Below are positions 21,202 to 31,984 of a DNA stretch of 64,000 nt, one piece after another. This DNA comes from an uncultured delta proteobacterium (GTDB lineage Bacteria > Desulfobacterota > Desulfomonilia > Desulfomonilales > Desulfomonilaceae). Each line of letters starts with the position of its first letter. Position 1 is the first letter of the stretch. The translations under genes and the position numbers were made by a program. A model generated the notes under the pieces. It saw only the letters and a list, made by a program, of their open reading frames with translations, had not been told where the DNA came from and ran no database searches. The stretch covers positions 672,001-736,000 of the forward strand of contig CAWBKB010000003.1 in NCBI GenBank assembly GCA_963789265.1, written 5' to 3'.

Positions 21202-21412
21202 CTATTTTCTCCCGAGTTTTCTGGATTGTGCCCGATCCACCGTCTAAAGGTGGCCCCCAAATGAGTTATTATATCACGTTGACCGGATAAACGAAGAGAT
21301 GTTTACGGGAATTGCAAACATTCAATTACATATTACCGGAAATCGGAAATTTTCAACGATTCCTTCAGTAGGATCTTCTATTCCTGTCCAGAACTCGGTG
21401 GCTGTGGTATCT

Positions 21413-21560
21413 GCGTACCCTTTCAGTTATCCGGGGTCATTGCCAGTCCCGAGAAGCACGGCAAAGCGATCTCATTTCTGGAGAGCGTCCGGAACCGAGA
21501 TTGCTTCGTCGCTTCGCTCCTCGCAATGACAATTTCCCCTTCGTATGTGAATGGCTACGC
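21413..21560. mobile_element. MITE-like element (shell F) with GTCATTGC..GCAATGAC cargo
   Basis: GCGTACCCTTTCAGTTA ... TATGTGAATGGCTACGC ends. Confidence 0.6.
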
Positions 21561-21633
21561 ATCCGTCGGTTTTGACTTGACAGCTTTCGGAGGGAGTGCT
21601 TTAATAACGCGTTATTGTGCAGGAGGCCATAAA

Positions 21634-21987
21634 ATGTACGCCATAGTCCAAACCGGCGGAAAGCAATACAAGGTCGAGACCGGGGAACAGGTTAAAGTCG
21701 AAAAACTCGTGGGCGAACCCGGCTCGGAGATCGAATTGGACAAGGTGCTCGCTGTCGCGACACCCGAGGGCTTCAGCCTTGGAAAACCGCTACTCGATGA
21801 CACCCGCGTGAAGGCTACCATTGTGCGGACCGCTCGTGACCGGAAAATTGTCGTCTTCAAGAAGAAACGTCGCCATGGGTATCATAAGAAACAAGGGCAT
21901 CGCCAATGGTACACGCTTCTCCGGATCGACGCAATCCAACTCCCGTCCGTAGCGCAGGAGCCGGCCCAGCCGATTGCCGAAGCATGA
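21634..21987 (+). CDS. rplU: 50S ribosomal protein L21
   Basis: MYAIVQTGGKQYKV, KQGHRQ; AGGAGG RBS. Confidence 0.97.
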   Translation: MYAIVQTGGKQYKVETGEQVKVEKLVGEPGSEIELDKVLAVATPEGFSLGKPLLDDTRVKATIVRTARDRKIVVFKKKRRHGYHKKQGHRQWYTLLRIDAIQLPSVAQEPAQPIAEA

Positions 21988-22109
21988 TGACTGGAAGGAT
22001 TGAGACAAAATCGAGGCTGCGTTGTCGAAACCTACTGTCGGCAACCAAAATCAACGGCCTCTGCGCAAACCAATAAAGACTCGTACCCCATTGAACAGGA
22101 GGAGGAACA

Positions 22110-22368
22110 ATGGCCCACAAGAAAGCAGGAGGAAGCTCTCGGAACGGACGAGACAGTCCGGGACAGCGGCTCGGGGTCAAGCGTTTCGCGGGCCAAAAAG
22201 TGCGGGCCGGAAGCATCCTCGTGAGACAGAAGGGTACAAGCATACATCCGGGTGAAAACGTCGGAATGGGGCGGGATTATACGCTATTCGCCAAAATAGA
22301 CGGGGTAGTCAAGTACCGAGAGGAAAGATCGCACCAGAAAGCAAGTAACCATACTTCCCGCCGACTGA
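22110..22368 (+). CDS. rpmA: 50S ribosomal protein L27, +1 frameshift near 22316
   Basis: [16 protein letters not shown]; removing one C restores [17 protein letters not shown]. Confidence 0.95.
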
Positions 22369-22547
22369 CTACGCTCATCCCCTGACCACTATGTCCGGTC
22401 AGGGGTGAGATTTACCTCTGGGATCTGCAACATCTTGGGCAGCGCGAGATTTCCAGCAAACAGACAGCAGTGGCACTCGATCCCAGGCCGTTACTCAGCA
22501 TCACCTATCGGCTCCATTTCCGCTCTCACCTCATCGCGTGAAACATC

Positions 22548-23561
22548 GTGAAGTTCGTAGATCAAGCCCGTATTACCGTAATTTCCGGAAAGGGGGGTAA
22601 TGGATGCCTCAGTTTTCGTCGGGAGGCGTTTGTACCCAAGGGTGGACCGGACGGAGGCGACGGCGGAAAAGGCGGCGATGTGTTCGTTCAGGCGTCCCTT
22701 TCGCTCAATACTCTATTGGATTGCCAATACCAGCAGCTCTATAAAGCGCGCAAGGGGACTCACGGCATGGGGAACAACCGGCACGGTCGATCCGCGCCGG
22801 ATCTAATCATTAAAGTCCCTGTCGGAACCATTATTATGGACGAAGACACAGACGAACGTGTAGCCGATCTCGATAGCGCGGGCAGCAAGGTCCTGGTTGC
22901 ACGAGGCGGACGCGGAGGCAGAGGAAATGCGCGGTTTGCATCATCCCGAAATCGCGCTCCCCGACGCTTCGAGGAGGGAGGGCCCGCTGAAGAAAGGGTC
23001 TTACGGCTTGAATTGAAGCTCATTGCCGATGTCGGGCTGGTGGGATTGCCCAACAGCGGTAAATCGACACTCGTTTCTAGCGTCAGCAACGCTCGACCGA
23101 AAATAGCAGACTACCCTTTCACAACGAAAGTTCCGGCCTTGGGAGTGGTCCGAATCGGGGACGGCGTTGATTTCGTTATGGCAGACATTCCCGGCCTTAT
23201 TCGAGACGCACACAAGGGCGCGGGAATGGGTGATCAATTTCTGCGACATATCGAACGCACAAGAATTCTGCTGCATCTCATCGATCCCTCCCCCGAGTTG
23301 ACTCCTCCGGCGGAGGAGAGATTTTCGATCATCATGGCTGAGCTTGCTTCGTACAGCAAGGGTCTGCTACAAACCCCCATGATCGCGGTGATCACCAAAA
23401 TGGATCTGCCGGAAAATCAGGTAGCGGCCAAGGAGTTGAGGCCGACTTTAGAGCAAAGAGGTCTCCCCGTACATGAGATTTCAGCGGTGACCGGCCATGG
23501 CGTGAAGCGCCTGTTGCGACACGCCGCGCAATTGTTGAAACAGACCGGTGAAGTGCCATGA
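22548..23561 (+). CDS. obgE: GTPase ObgE/CgtA
   Basis: KGGPDGGDGGKGG, GLPNSGKSTL, ADYPFTT, DIPGLI. Confidence 0.97.
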   Translation: MKFVDQARITVISGKGGNGCLSFRREAFVPKGGPDGGDGGKGGDVFVQASLSLNTLLDCQYQQLYKARKGTHGMGNNRHGRSAPDLIIKVPVGTIIMDEDTDERVADLDSAGSKVLVARGGRGGRGNARFASSRNRAPRRFEEGGPAEERVLRLELKLIADVGLVGLPNSGKSTLVSSVSNARPKIADYPFTTKVPALGVVRIGDGVDFVMADIPGLIRDAHKGAGMGDQFLRHIERTRILLHLIDPSPELTPPAEERFSIIMAELASYSKGLLQTPMIAVITKMDLPENQVAAKELRPTLEQRGLPVHEISAVTGHGVKRLLRHAAQLLKQTGEVP

Positions 23562-24697
23562 AAGAGGCGGCGGCAAGAAAAGAAATATTTTCCTTTGTTA
23601 ACCGCGTGGTCCTGAAGCTGGGTTCCAGTGTGGTCACAACACCGCAGGGCCTTGACCATGCGACGATAAAGGGAATCGCCGACGACGTCAGCCATTACAA
23701 GAATCTTGGAAAAGAGTTCATTATTGTGTCCTCAGGAGCTATAGCAGCGGGTGTAAGGCGCCTGAAACTACCCGAAGGGGCTCGGACCATACCCCAAAAA
23801 CAGGCTGCAGCTTCCGTGGGACAGAGTCGGCTCATGGCCGCGTATGAGGCCGCGTTCGGGCGCCACGGGATACGTGTGGGCCAAATGCTCCTTACAAGAG
23901 ATGATCTTTCCCACAGGCGGCGATATCTGAACGCGCGTAACACGTTGACGACGCTTCTTTCCTGGGGAGCGGTACCTATCATAAATGAGAACGATACGGT
24001 AATGGTTGAAGAGATCCGATTCGGTGACAATGATAATCTTTCAGCTCTCGTGGCAACTCTCGCCGATGCGGATCTGCTGTTGACCCTGACGGATATGGAA
24101 GGATTCATGGATTGCGATCCCCGCCTCAATCCGAACGCTTGCATCATTCCGCTCGTGGAAGAAATTACTCCCGAGATTAGAAGACTGGCGGGAGACACGG
24201 CATCAATGGTAGGACGTGGCGGAATGGCCTCCAAGTTGGATGCTGCCGCTAAAGTAAGAGTATCCGGCATCCCCATGATTATAGCTGGGGGAAAGATACC
24301 CAAAGTCATTCGACGAACAATGGAAGCCGAGAAGTGCGGCACTCTCATCATGCCTGCAAAGGAAAAAATTTCAGCCCGCAAGCACTGGATTCGCTACAAT
24401 CTGGAACCCGAAGGGGCTCTCACCATAGACGCCGGCGCAACCAAGGCTATAACTTTGTTAGGCAAGAGCCTCCTCCCTATAGGTGTTACGGAAGTCAAAG
24501 GGCACTTCAGGCACGGAGCCGCAGTAACCGTCTGCAACCCGCAAGGAGATAAGGTCGCAATAGGGCTGGTCAATTACGCCTCAGATGAAATGAAAAAGAT
24601 CATGGGGCGCCAAACCGCCGAAATCGACTGGATCCTGGGATACAGACGCAACGACGAGGCCGTTCATGCGGACAATCTTGTCCTCTTGGACAAGTGA
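23558..24697 (+). CDS. proB: Glutamate 5-kinase with PUA domain
   Basis: VLKLGSS, VSSGAIAAG, INENDTV, FGDNDNLSA, GGMASK. Confidence 0.96.
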   Translation: MKEAAARKEIFSFVNRVVLKLGSSVVTTPQGLDHATIKGIADDVSHYKNLGKEFIIVSSGAIAAGVRRLKLPEGARTIPQKQAAASVGQSRLMAAYEAAFGRHGIRVGQMLLTRDDLSHRRRYLNARNTLTTLLSWGAVPIINENDTVMVEEIRFGDNDNLSALVATLADADLLLTLTDMEGFMDCDPRLNPNACIIPLVEEITPEIRRLAGDTASMVGRGGMASKLDAAAKVRVSGIPMIIAGGKIPKVIRRTMEAEKCGTLIMPAKEKISARKHWIRYNLEPEGALTIDAGATKAITLLGKSLLPIGVTEVKGHFRHGAAVTVCNPQGDKVAIGLVNYASDEMKKIMGRQTAEIDWILGYRRNDEAVHADNLVLLDK

Positions 24698-24701
24698 GGC
24701 G

Positions 24702-25002
24702 GTAATCTTTCAGTTATGCCAGGGACTTGCATGGTCCTAGTCGCCGCGAGGAGTGAATGGTGGGACAGTCCCGCGAGGGCGCGAGACACTCTGTCCATTG
24801 TGGATGACGGGCAAACCCGCGTCCCGCGCGGGGCATCCCAACTGGGAAAGAGGCCCATCCAACGGATCAAATTGCACTCCTTACTATCTGGCTCGTGGCG
24901 CCGACTTTCCAGTCTGCGGTTTCTCATCTCAGATTTGGCGGACTGGAAAGTCCGCCCCACGGCACAATGACAGTCGTTTACCGCTCGTGACTGAAAGATT
25001 AC
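24702..25002. mobile_element. MITE-like element (shell F) with different REP-like cargo
   Basis: GTAATCTTTCAGT ... ACTGAAAGATTAC perfect inverted ends; internal GACTTTCCAGTC..GACTGGAAAGTC hairpin. Confidence 0.68.
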
Positions 25003-25027
25003 GTGAGACAGGCTTTTTAATAGCAAA

Positions 25028-25192
25028 CTACGTCAACTCCATTTTCAAACTTTTCCCCAGCGCAAGAGCCGCCTTCTCCAAGGTCTGTAGAGTCACAGAG
25101 ACGTTAGCGGGGTCTAGAAGCCTATCGAGTACACTGCGGCTGGTGCGCATTTTTTCAGCCATCACGGATTTTGATAGTTTCGCCCGCCTCAT
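25028..25192 (-). pseudogene. N-terminally truncated XRE-type HTH antitoxin-like gene
   Basis: Manual translation MRRAKLSKSVMAEKMRTSRSVLDRLLDPANVSVTLQTLEKAALALGKSLKMELT*. Confidence 0.7.
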
Positions 25193-25320
25193 TTCCACTT
25201 TGAACCCCTTTTTCCAAGCAAGCCGGCCGAATCACAACCTTGACATTTTTCAGGCGATGCATAAGTGAAAACCGACTCTGGAAACGGAAAAGGACCGACA
25301 ATCAGAGAGGAGGACATAGA

Positions 25321-25782
25321 ATGTTTCGATGGAGAATTGGCACTGATCCCACTTGGCGCGAACTGGATCGGCTTCAAAGGAGCATGGACGAATTATTCAA
25401 TGCCGTGTCAGGGGCCAGGAGGCCATTAATGAACCCCTTGTGGCGCGAAACCCAGATCTTCCCGCACTTAAATGTAAGAGAATTGGACCACTCGTTCGTT
25501 GTGACCGCGGAGATCCCGGGAATGAAGACAGAAGACCTCGAGATCAAGATCGAAGGCGATACGCTCACATTAAAAGGCGAACGCAAGCCCCACGACAGTA
25601 GCGAAGAGGCAAGTTATCACCGCCGCGAAAGGGCCACCGGGGTTTTTCAGAGAAGCTTGACGCTTCCTAATAAAGTTGATGCCGAGAACGTCGATGCAAC
25701 CTATAAGAACGGTATTCTTACAGTAACGCTGCAAAAGGAAAAGGCCGCGATGCCGAGGCAGATCGCTGTCAAAGCCGAATGA
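25321..25782 (+). CDS. Hsp20/alpha-crystallin small heat-shock protein
   Basis: AEIPGM, LTLKGERK, RRER..G.F.RSLTLP, ATYKNGILTVTL. Confidence 0.95.
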   Translation: MFRWRIGTDPTWRELDRLQRSMDELFNAVSGARRPLMNPLWRETQIFPHLNVRELDHSFVVTAEIPGMKTEDLEIKIEGDTLTLKGERKPHDSSEEASYHRRERATGVFQRSLTLPNKVDAENVDATYKNGILTVTLQKEKAAMPRQIAVKAE

Positions 25783-25814
25783 GCAATTGACTCTTTGCGT
25801 AAGGAGGAAAGCAC

Positions 25815-26217
25815 ATGGCGGACCAGGAGATTCAGGCCACGCAAAAACAGCAGGTAGCACCCCCTGAGGGAGAATTCACCAGAGAAGGCACGTACCTTTG
25901 TCCCGGCAGTGGATATTTACGACAACAGCACGGAACTGGTGCTTTTGGCCGACATGCCGGGAGTAGAGACAGGGGGAGTAGAGATTGACCTCAAAGACGA
26001 CATTCTGACAATTTTGGGAAAGGTTCATGATGAAGGCGGTCAAGGGCAGCCGATTCTATCAGAGTACCGAGTAGGTAATTATTTTCGCACCTTTCGTCTC
26101 ACGGAAGTCGTTGATCAGAGCAAAATAACTGCTGCCATGGCCGACGGTGTACTCAAGCTCACGATGCCTAAGGTTGAAAAAGCCGTTCCGCGTAAGATCC
26201 CGATTACTGTGAGTTGA
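25815..26217 (+). CDS. Second Hsp20 protein, +1 frameshift near 25895
   Basis: AAGGAGG RBS + MADQEIQ...TY then FVPAVDIY, ADMPGV, DGVLKLTMPK. Confidence 0.92.
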
Positions 26218-26235
26218 GAGCCTTTGGATTTAGAA

Positions 26236-26267
26236 AGGGAGCTTGTCAGGTAGACAGCTCCCTATTT
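26236..26267 (+). terminator. Probable intrinsic terminator after hsp20 pair
   Basis: AGGGAGC(T)TGTC-AGGTA-GACAGCTCCCT followed by ATTT. Confidence 0.55.
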
Positions 26268-26427
26268 GTCCTCAAAGAAAGCTTCGCGGATCCAATAGGC
26301 CACTACGCGATCCTCGCTCAACTGCGTTACACAATTCTGTCGGCATTCAGAATTTAGTTAATGTCGACCTTGACAGGCCCCTGTCAATGCGGACATATTA
26401 TTAGAAAAGAAAAGTGAGGGTTATCAC

Positions 26428-26952
26428 ATGCCAGTACGATCCATTGTGGTCGTCCCGCATGAGGCTTTGAGCAGCAAGGCAGCAGAGGTGGCCAATATTA
26501 CCGAGCAAGTTAGAAGGCTCGCTCTTGATATGGCCGAGACTATGTACAAAGCCCCTGGTGTGGGGCTGGCCGCCAACCAGGTAGGTGAGTTGCTTCGGCT
26601 CATCGTGATCGACGCGCTCTATGCATACTCGGAGCCCAAGGAAAGAAAGAAGGAACCCCTTTTTGTGATCAATCCAACGATTAGCTCCTGCGAAGGCGAG
26701 GCATTGAGGGAAGAAGGCTGTCTGAGCGTTCCCGACTTCGACCTTGAGGTTACACGAGCGGCTTGCGTCAAGGTGGAGGGAGTAGACTTGGACGGGAAAC
26801 CGTTGAAGATAGAGGCCGAAGGATTCCTCGCCCGAGTGCTGCAACATGAGATCGACCACCTTAACGGAACCACTCTCTTAGATCATGCTTCCCCGCTAAA
26901 ACGGAACCTTTATCGAAGACGGCTCAAGAAGAAGGCCAGGAGGGATCATTGA
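26428..26952 (+). CDS. def: Peptide deformylase
   Basis: GVGLAANQVG, EGCLSVP, QHEIDHLNG. Confidence 0.97.
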   Translation: MPVRSIVVVPHEALSSKAAEVANITEQVRRLALDMAETMYKAPGVGLAANQVGELLRLIVIDALYAYSEPKERKKEPLFVINPTISSCEGEALREEGCLSVPDFDLEVTRAACVKVEGVDLDGKPLKIEAEGFLARVLQHEIDHLNGTTLLDHASPLKRNLYRRRLKKKARRDH

Positions 26953-27881
26953 ATCTCAGGGTGGTCTTCATGGGATCTCCCGAATTCGCAGTTCCCACCT
27001 TGCATGAGCTGAATCGGCATTTTCGCGTTAGCGGCGTTGTCACTCAACCCGATAAACCCAAGGGTCGGGGACTGAGAACCGTCCCCGCCGCGGTGAAACT
27101 GACGGCCCTGGAATTAGGGTTGCCTGTAGTCCAGCCGACCGACTTTTCTTCTTCGGAACTTCGGGCTGCCCTTGAACAGTGGAAACCTGACGTGATAGTG
27201 GTTGCGGCCTACGGAAAGATTCTCCCGTCACGTATACTTTCCCTCCCCCCGATGGGATGCGTGAATCTGCACGCCTCACTTCTGCCCCGTCATCGAGGGG
27301 CCTCACCGATAAGCGCAGCCATACTTGCTGGTGACAAGGTCACCGGGGTTTGTACTATCCTCATGGATCATGGCATGGACACGGGAGATGTTCTTCTCCA
27401 AAAGCAAATTGTCATCCTCGAGGATGATACAACGGGAACCCTGCATGACAGATTAATGGTCGCGGGTGCCGATTTGGTGGTGGAGACTCTGAAACGTATG
27501 GCCGAACACCGTATTCAAGGCTCTCCGCAGAATGGTGGGAACGCAACTTATACGCGTCTTCTTTCAAAAGAAGACGGCCGGATACAATGGGACCGAGACG
27601 CAGTCTATCTCGCCCGTCTGGTCAGAGCTATGAATCCTTGGCCGGGAGCTTTCTTCGAACTCGAGGGCGAAACAATTAAAATCTGGGAAGCAGCGGCATT
27701 GGAGGGAACCCAAAAGGCGGGGTCTATTGTTGCCGTTAGGCCTGAAGGGATATTGGTGGGGACAGGTAAGGGGATGCTTCTATTGAGCCTTGTTCAGGCA
27801 CCTGGAAGAAAACGTGTTACCGGGGGTGAGTTTGCACGCGGGCGGCATCTCCAACCGGGCGACGGTCTCAACGATTTCTAG
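26949..27881 (+). CDS. fmt: Methionyl-tRNA formyltransferase
   Basis: FMGSPEFAVP, TQPDKPKGRG, NLHASLLPRHRGASPI. Confidence 0.97.
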   Translation: MNLRVVFMGSPEFAVPTLHELNRHFRVSGVVTQPDKPKGRGLRTVPAAVKLTALELGLPVVQPTDFSSSELRAALEQWKPDVIVVAAYGKILPSRILSLPPMGCVNLHASLLPRHRGASPISAAILAGDKVTGVCTILMDHGMDTGDVLLQKQIVILEDDTTGTLHDRLMVAGADLVVETLKRMAEHRIQGSPQNGGNATYTRLLSKEDGRIQWDRDAVYLARLVRAMNPWPGAFFELEGETIKIWEAAALEGTQKAGSIVAVRPEGILVGTGKGMLLLSLVQAPGRKRVTGGEFARGRHLQPGDGLNDF

Positions 27882-27976
27882 AGTAATGCATACTGCGAAG
27901 CGAATTGCTCGTATCAACTTAGGTGAAGCTCGCGAACATCCGAAACTCTTTTGAGGAAGATCAAAGGGGATACAAT

Positions 27977-28816
27977 ATGAATCAGCTTAAAACGGTTTTA
28001 CTTCTAACTTGTTTGGCTGCCCTTCTTGTGGTCATCGGGGGATACATAGGCGGAAGGAATGGTGCTACCATAGCCCTCGTAATCGCCCTGGTCATGAATT
28101 TTGGGAGCTACTGGTTCAGCGACAAAATCGTCTTGAGCATGTACAACGCCCAGGAAGTTAGCGAGGCGGATGCACCGGACCTTTTCCGTCTCGTAAGGCA
28201 GTTGACTCAGCAAGCCGGTTTGCCTATGCCGCGGGTCTACATTATTCCGGACGCTTCTCCTAATGCCTTTGCCACGGGCAGGAACCCATCTCACGCTGCT
28301 GTAGCTGTCACGGAGGGGATACTGAGGCTTCTCTCCTGGGACGAGCTCGCCGGTGTTATCGGTCATGAATTGGGACATGTGAAGAACAGGGACATACTTA
28401 TTCAGACTGTCGCTGCCACAATCGGGGCCGCCATCACGTACTTGGCACAGTTCGGGTTCTTTTTCGGGGGAAGGTCGGACGATCGGGAAGGCGGTGGCTC
28501 GTTTGTCGGAATGCTCCTGATGATGATCCTTGCACCTCTGGCTGCGGCGATCATTCAGATGGCTATATCCCGATCGCGAGAGTACGAAGCCGATGAAACC
28601 GGGGCCCACATTTGCGGTCACCCCATGTGGCTGGCCGGTGCGCTGGACAAGTTGAGACGAGGCGTGGCAGCGGTTCCCATGAACGCGGAGCAGGCAACCG
28701 CTCACATGTTCATAGTAAAACCTTTTTCCGGTGAAGGGCTTGCCAACCTGTTCTCCACACATCCGCCCATCGAGGAGCGAATCGAGCGACTGGAGCACAT
28801 GGCAGGAAATCGGTGA
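27977..28816 (+). CDS. htpX: Zinc metalloprotease HtpX
   Basis: [30 protein letters not shown]. Confidence 0.96.
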   Translation: MNQLKTVLLLTCLAALLVVIGGYIGGRNGATIALVIALVMNFGSYWFSDKIVLSMYNAQEVSEADAPDLFRLVRQLTQQAGLPMPRVYIIPDASPNAFATGRNPSHAAVAVTEGILRLLSWDELAGVIGHELGHVKNRDILIQTVAATIGAAITYLAQFGFFFGGRSDDREGGGSFVGMLLMMILAPLAAAIIQMAISRSREYEADETGAHICGHPMWLAGALDKLRRGVAAVPMNAEQATAHMFIVKPFSGEGLANLFSTHPPIEERIERLEHMAGNR

Positions 28817-28900
28817 ATGGATTTCCCGGGGGACTGCTCTGACCTGCGACTCTTTCTTCCTTGAACGGAGGGTAAGGGAATCCCTGCACAAGGCATTCCC

Positions 28901-30385
28901 ATGCTGAAAATTCGCCGTGCAGTTTGTAAAGAGGTCCTCCACCCGAGGGACAGTGCTGCGGCAGCTCCCCTAATGAGATTTCTTTTGACCAGGACACGCG
29001 GAAAATCTTCAGTCGCCGGCGGACGGTACACGGCTGCTCGCGCGAGCCTTGCTCGTGAAATAGCTTTGCGTGTGCTCATGGATGCCGGGGCCGGCCACTT
29101 CGCGGAACATGCGTTGTCAAGCCGTTTGGATAGCGAATCGCCCGCGCCGGAAGAGCGGGCATTTGCCACGGAACTCGTTTATGGCGTTCTGAGGTGGAAA
29201 AAGCGACTGGATGCGGTGTTGCAACGTTGCGTGGACCGGCCCGGCAAGAAATTGGATCTTCTTCTGCGGGAAATCTTCCGGATCGCGTTCTATCAGATAT
29301 TTATGCTGGATGGCGTCCCGGACCATGCGATCGTCGATCAGGCGGTCACTCAGGCGCGGCACCATTGCGGAAGCCATACGGCTCCGTTCGTCAACGCGGT
29401 TCTGAGAAACGCTCTGCGCAAGCGCGAAGACGTGGACCCATTGCCTCAAGGCGACCCTGACTCCCTTGCCGTGTATTACTCGCACCCTCCGTGGCTGGTC
29501 CGACGGTGGATAGATCTATTCGGTCCGGATGTAACGCGCAAGATCTTGATTCATAATAACTCCAGAGCCCCGGTCGAATTCCGCGTCAACACGGTGAAAG
29601 CCACTCGCGAAACGGTCGTGGATCTACTCGGACAAGCAGGCGTTGCACCGCAGAGCCTCCCGGACGCGCCGGACTGCCTGCGAGTGTCCGGATTGAGAGG
29701 GCCTGTGCGCTCTTTGCCCGGGTACCAGGAAGGCTTTTTCACCGTCCAAGCGCGCGCTTCCCAGATGATTGTCGGGCTGTTGGGCATCAGACCAGGAGAT
29801 CGAATCCTGGATGCATGTGCCGCACCGGGGGGAAAGACCGCTCAATTAGCCGGATTAGGAGGCAAAAGGTGCCCTATCGTGGCCGTGGATATAGATGAGA
29901 TCCGCGTCGAGGAGACGCGCTGGAATCTGCAACGTCTCGGCGTTCATTCCGTGGAACTACGCTGCGGTGACGCAAGCGAGCCGGAGTTCGTTTCGAGTCT
30001 TGGCCTCTTTGACCGGATATTACTTGACGCGCCTTGCAGCAATCTCGGGGTGCTTCGCCACAATCCGGAAGTCAAATACAGAGTGGAGCCGGAGGATGTC
30101 GAAAAAATTGCAGCACGGCAGCGAAAAATGCTGGACGCAACGGCGGCATGCCTGAAAAACGGTGGCATCCTGGTTTACTCTGTCTGCACCGTTACTACGG
30201 AAGAGACCGTGGATGTGGTGCGCAGTTTTCTGGATAACCACACGGGCTACACCGCTATTCGCATCAATCCGGCCGAGACCGCTATCCCAAAATTTGTGCA
30301 CCCCGGCGGATTCTTCAGCACCTTCCCTCCTACCGACGACAATATGGTGGATGGTTTTTTCGCAGCGCGCATTGGCCGTCAATAA
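28901..30385 (+). CDS. rsmB: 16S rRNA m5C967 methyltransferase (start uncertain)
   Basis: NusB-like N-domain, DACAAPGGKT, DAPCS, YSVCT, DGFFAA. Confidence 0.93.
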   Translation: MLKIRRAVCKEVLHPRDSAAAAPLMRFLLTRTRGKSSVAGGRYTAARASLAREIALRVLMDAGAGHFAEHALSSRLDSESPAPEERAFATELVYGVLRWKKRLDAVLQRCVDRPGKKLDLLLREIFRIAFYQIFMLDGVPDHAIVDQAVTQARHHCGSHTAPFVNAVLRNALRKREDVDPLPQGDPDSLAVYYSHPPWLVRRWIDLFGPDVTRKILIHNNSRAPVEFRVNTVKATRETVVDLLGQAGVAPQSLPDAPDCLRVSGLRGPVRSLPGYQEGFFTVQARASQMIVGLLGIRPGDRILDACAAPGGKTAQLAGLGGKRCPIVAVDIDEIRVEETRWNLQRLGVHSVELRCGDASEPEFVSSLGLFDRILLDAPCSNLGVLRHNPEVKYRVEPEDVEKIAARQRKMLDATAACLKNGGILVYSVCTVTTEETVDVVRSFLDNHTGYTAIRINPAETAIPKFVHPGGFFSTFPPTDDNMVDGFFAARIGRQ

Positions 30386-30448
30386 GAGCTTGTGGAAATT
30401 TAAGCGGGTGCGACACGGCGGATCGAAATTGGAGGCAGTAATGTCACT

Positions 30449-30765
30449 CAGAGCGGTTGCCGAAAATGATGTCCATTGGCGATCTGACAGCAATGCGCCA
30501 TCAAACAAGTGACAATCTTAGACTGGATATAGTGGGGCAGGCATCCTGCCTGCCATTCGTCACCCCGGACTTCGATCCGGGGTCCAGTCTGGATGCTCGC
30601 GTACACGAGCATGACGACAGGCAATCCCGCCGGGGCGAGACTGTCCCACTAAAACACGGTGTCACTTGTTTGAAGCGAATCGGTATGACGGCGAGAGTGG
30701 CCACTCTCGCCGTGGGGACCTCTTCCGCCCTCGATTCCATCGAAAACTACCGGATTGGCAACGCG
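30449..30765. repeat. Composite REP/MITE-like repeat
   Basis: GGCAGGCATCCTGCCTGCC and GTCACCCCGGACTTCGATCCGGGGT hairpins; weak GCGGTTGCC / GGCAACGC ends. Confidence 0.55.
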
Positions 30766-31000
30766 CACGCGTTGACAGGAAGTCTAGAATAGCCGGCTCC
30801 GTTGACAGCACTCGCGAAAAAATTTCGCACAAACTCAAATTGGAGAGGAGAGTGCGAAGAAATTGCTCACCCATGAGGTCTCCTGCGGTATCTCTAAGTC
30901 TTGGTTATGTCGTAACATTAGGCACTTATAAAGCTGGCATACCGGTTGCAGAATAAAAGAGCGAACAACGACTCCTAACCATACCCTCTTAGCAATCCTC

Positions 31001-31984
31001 CTACTTAGGATTGCTTTTTTTTTTGCCAATTTTCCGCGCTACCACAGTTAAAACTCCGTAGTTGCTCACCAGCTTCGACCACTGGGCCAAAAGAACACCC
31101 ACAGCTAAATCGATGACATCTAATGCCACATCCGACAGCGTCAGCGACCGGCGAATCTCCGTCAGCCACGCCCTCGCGTTTCCCCGGATCTGTCTGTTTC
31201 TAAGTAGCGCTACCGACTTGTTTTGATAACGGCTGCAATCAGTTGCTCTTCTGCTAAGCCGTTGAAGTCCGTAGCGTACCAGGCCAAACGGATAAGCTGT
31301 ATAGAGTGCGTCACTGTGAAACACGGCTCGTGGCTCCATCTGGTATCGCTCCAGGTAAGTTTGCACAGCTCGTGGTGTGAACAGCCAGAGGTGCCTCGGG
31401 ACGTCTTCGGTGCAACAGCGCCTCATGCCCGGCGCGCCGAAATTTGGCACAACGAAGACAAACAACCCGTCAACAGCGAGGAGCTGCGAGACCCTTTCGA
31501 AAAAGGCCGAAGGCGTTCGCACGTGTTCCAGCAGCGCCCATGCAGTGATTGCATCATAACGGCCTTTCTGAAGATCCATAGTTAGAAAGTCGCCGACTCT
31601 GATCGGAACTGAGTAAGAGGTCCCCCAGTTCAAGAGATCCACCCCCTCGACCTGCCACCCCTGTTTTGACGCATAATTGATGAAGTCACCTCGACCGCAG
31701 CCGATGTCGAGCAATTTTTGACCGTGTCCGGAAGGGAGGTACGTCATCATCTTGTCGTACAGGTTGGTTAGATCCGTTTTGTCTCTGAGGTAGTCACTTG
31801 GATAAAGCAATGGGATCGATTTTGCGACGGGCATAGGATTAACGAATGCCATGCCGCATTTGCACTCCACCAGGTGAAACTCCTGCCGAGTGATCGGGTC
31901 GATTTTCGAATAGAGCAGATCCTGATCGCTTGACCCGCAGAGGTCACAAGGAACATATTCAGTCAGAATGGTATCAAAGGCCAT
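31001..31984 (-). CDS. Class I SAM methyltransferase with N-terminal Cys motif
   Basis: CDLCGS..CKCG, LLDIGCGRG, LEHV, VPN, PRHLWLF. Confidence 0.87.
   Translation of the reverse strand: MAFDTILTEYVPCDLCGSSDQDLLYSKIDPITRQEFHLVECKCGMAFVNPMPVAKSIPLLYPSDYLRDKTDLTNLYDKMMTYLPSGHGQKLLDIGCGRGDFINYASKQGWQVEGVDLLNWGTSYSVPIRVGDFLTMDLQKGRYDAITAWALLEHVRTPSAFFERVSQLLAVDGLFVFVVPNFGAPGMRRCCTEDVPRHLWLFTPRAVQTYLERYQMEPRAVFHSDALYTAYPFGLVRYGLQRLSRRATDCSRYQNKSVALLRNRQIRGNARAWLTEIRRSLTLSDVALDVIDLAVGVLLAQWSKLVSNYGVLTVVARKIGKKKSNPK

Noticed and set aside
28004..28942. Long antisense ORFs (this one, 35149-36012, 56167-57264, 1130-1918 and others)
   Set aside because: Shadows of well-supported genes on the opposite strand with no motifs of their own
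30790..30960. Possible sRNA (TTGACA plus TTCGCAC/GTGCGAA hairpin)
   Set aside because: One modest stem with no clear -10 or terminator; insufficient evidence
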